NCBI RefSeq assembly: GCF_016432865.1
Contig: NC_067403.1
Coordinates: 2,046,001-2,110,000, forward strand
Origin: Antechinus flavipes
Lineage: Eukaryota
Direction of reading: 5' to 3'
DNA length: 64,000 nucleotides
The notes under the pieces are model-generated. The model worked only from the letters and a program-made list of their open reading frames with translations, was not told the DNA's origin and did not search any database. The position numbers and the translations under genes are program-made. Shown piece after piece: positions 63,663-64,000 of the stretch; the stretch's first letter is position 1, and each line of letters begins with the position of its first letter.

Positions 63663-64000
63663 CGCACTGGGAGAGGGCTCGCGCACGACAAAAAGAAATC
63701 AGGGAGAAGCGAGAGGAGAGGGGCGGGAGGCAGAAGCCCGAAGAAAGGTCGGGGCTCGGAGGCGGGGCGCCTCCCGCTCGCTCGGGCCACCTGCCCGCCT
63801 CGGTTTGGGGATGGGTGCCTGGAAACCGCGTGGGGGGGCGGATTTAGGGGGGCGGGGAGCTCCCGCCCGCCTGCGGTCCGCACTCGCAGCCTCTAGCCTC
63901 TCCTCCACGCCCAAGACGCGGAGCCGGAGCTCGGCTCTCCGCAGCCGCCGCCCACCCGGGGCGATCCCGCCGGCTGTCAGCAATAGCTCGGCAGAATGAA

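Larger units (their letters stand above)
63090..64000 (-). promoter_or_regulatory. STK32B: CpG island / promoter and 5' region of STK32B (continues past the window end)
   Basis: Abrupt rise in GC and CpG density around exon 1. A perfect Sp1 GC box GGGGCGGGG lies at 63849-63857 and G-tracts span 63807-63857. The TSS cannot be placed from sequence alone. Confidence 0.88.

Noticed and set aside
1479-63999. Most short ORFs in the six-frame track
   Set aside because: They have no recognisable domains, often start at non-ATG codons, and mostly overlap repeats or low-complexity sequence. The real coding exons (52 and 56 nt) are too short to appear in the track.
63058-63999. Long ORFs on both strands in the CpG island
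   Set aside because: Arg/Gly/Pro/Ala-rich open frames are expected in GC-rich DNA. Only the 52-nt exon has homology and splice support.
1-64000. tRNA genes, CRISPR arrays or prokaryote-type systems
   Set aside because: A/B-box-like motifs all belong to SINE heads with no cloverleaf, and there are no regularly spaced repeat-spacer arrays. The DNA is mammalian intron.

Overview
AT-rich, repeat-dense marsupial genomic DNA, most likely from a dasyuromorph such as the Tasmanian devil or a dunnart. The taxon is inferred from an OC1 hAT transposon, a WSINE1-like SINE, Mar1 CORE-SINEs and marsupial L1/HAL1 elements. The window spans almost exactly intron 1 (3554-63549, 59,996 bp) of the minus-strand kinase gene STK32B (YANK2). 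Coding exon 1 (63550-63601, MGGNHSHKTPVFDENED) lies in a CpG island at the right end. Exon 2 (3498-3553, [19 protein letters not shown]) is near the left end. The intron holds a full-length but dead L1 with a 12-bp TSD, an ORF1-only HAL1-type element, an internally deleted OC1 transposon, an ERV solo LTR, several truncated L1s with TSDs, and many L2, CR1, RTE, MIR and Mar1 relics. There is one 147-N assembly gap. I found no convincing new multi-gene system. The best leads are small: a double-uORF leader abutting the STK32B start, a perfect 57-bp inverted duplication with a repair-scar signature, a candidate in-frame 36-nt micro-exon, an L1 spacer ORF ending 1 nt before ORF2, and two intronic CpG-retaining patches. 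Family names come from my recognition of consensus sequences and were not checked by database search.
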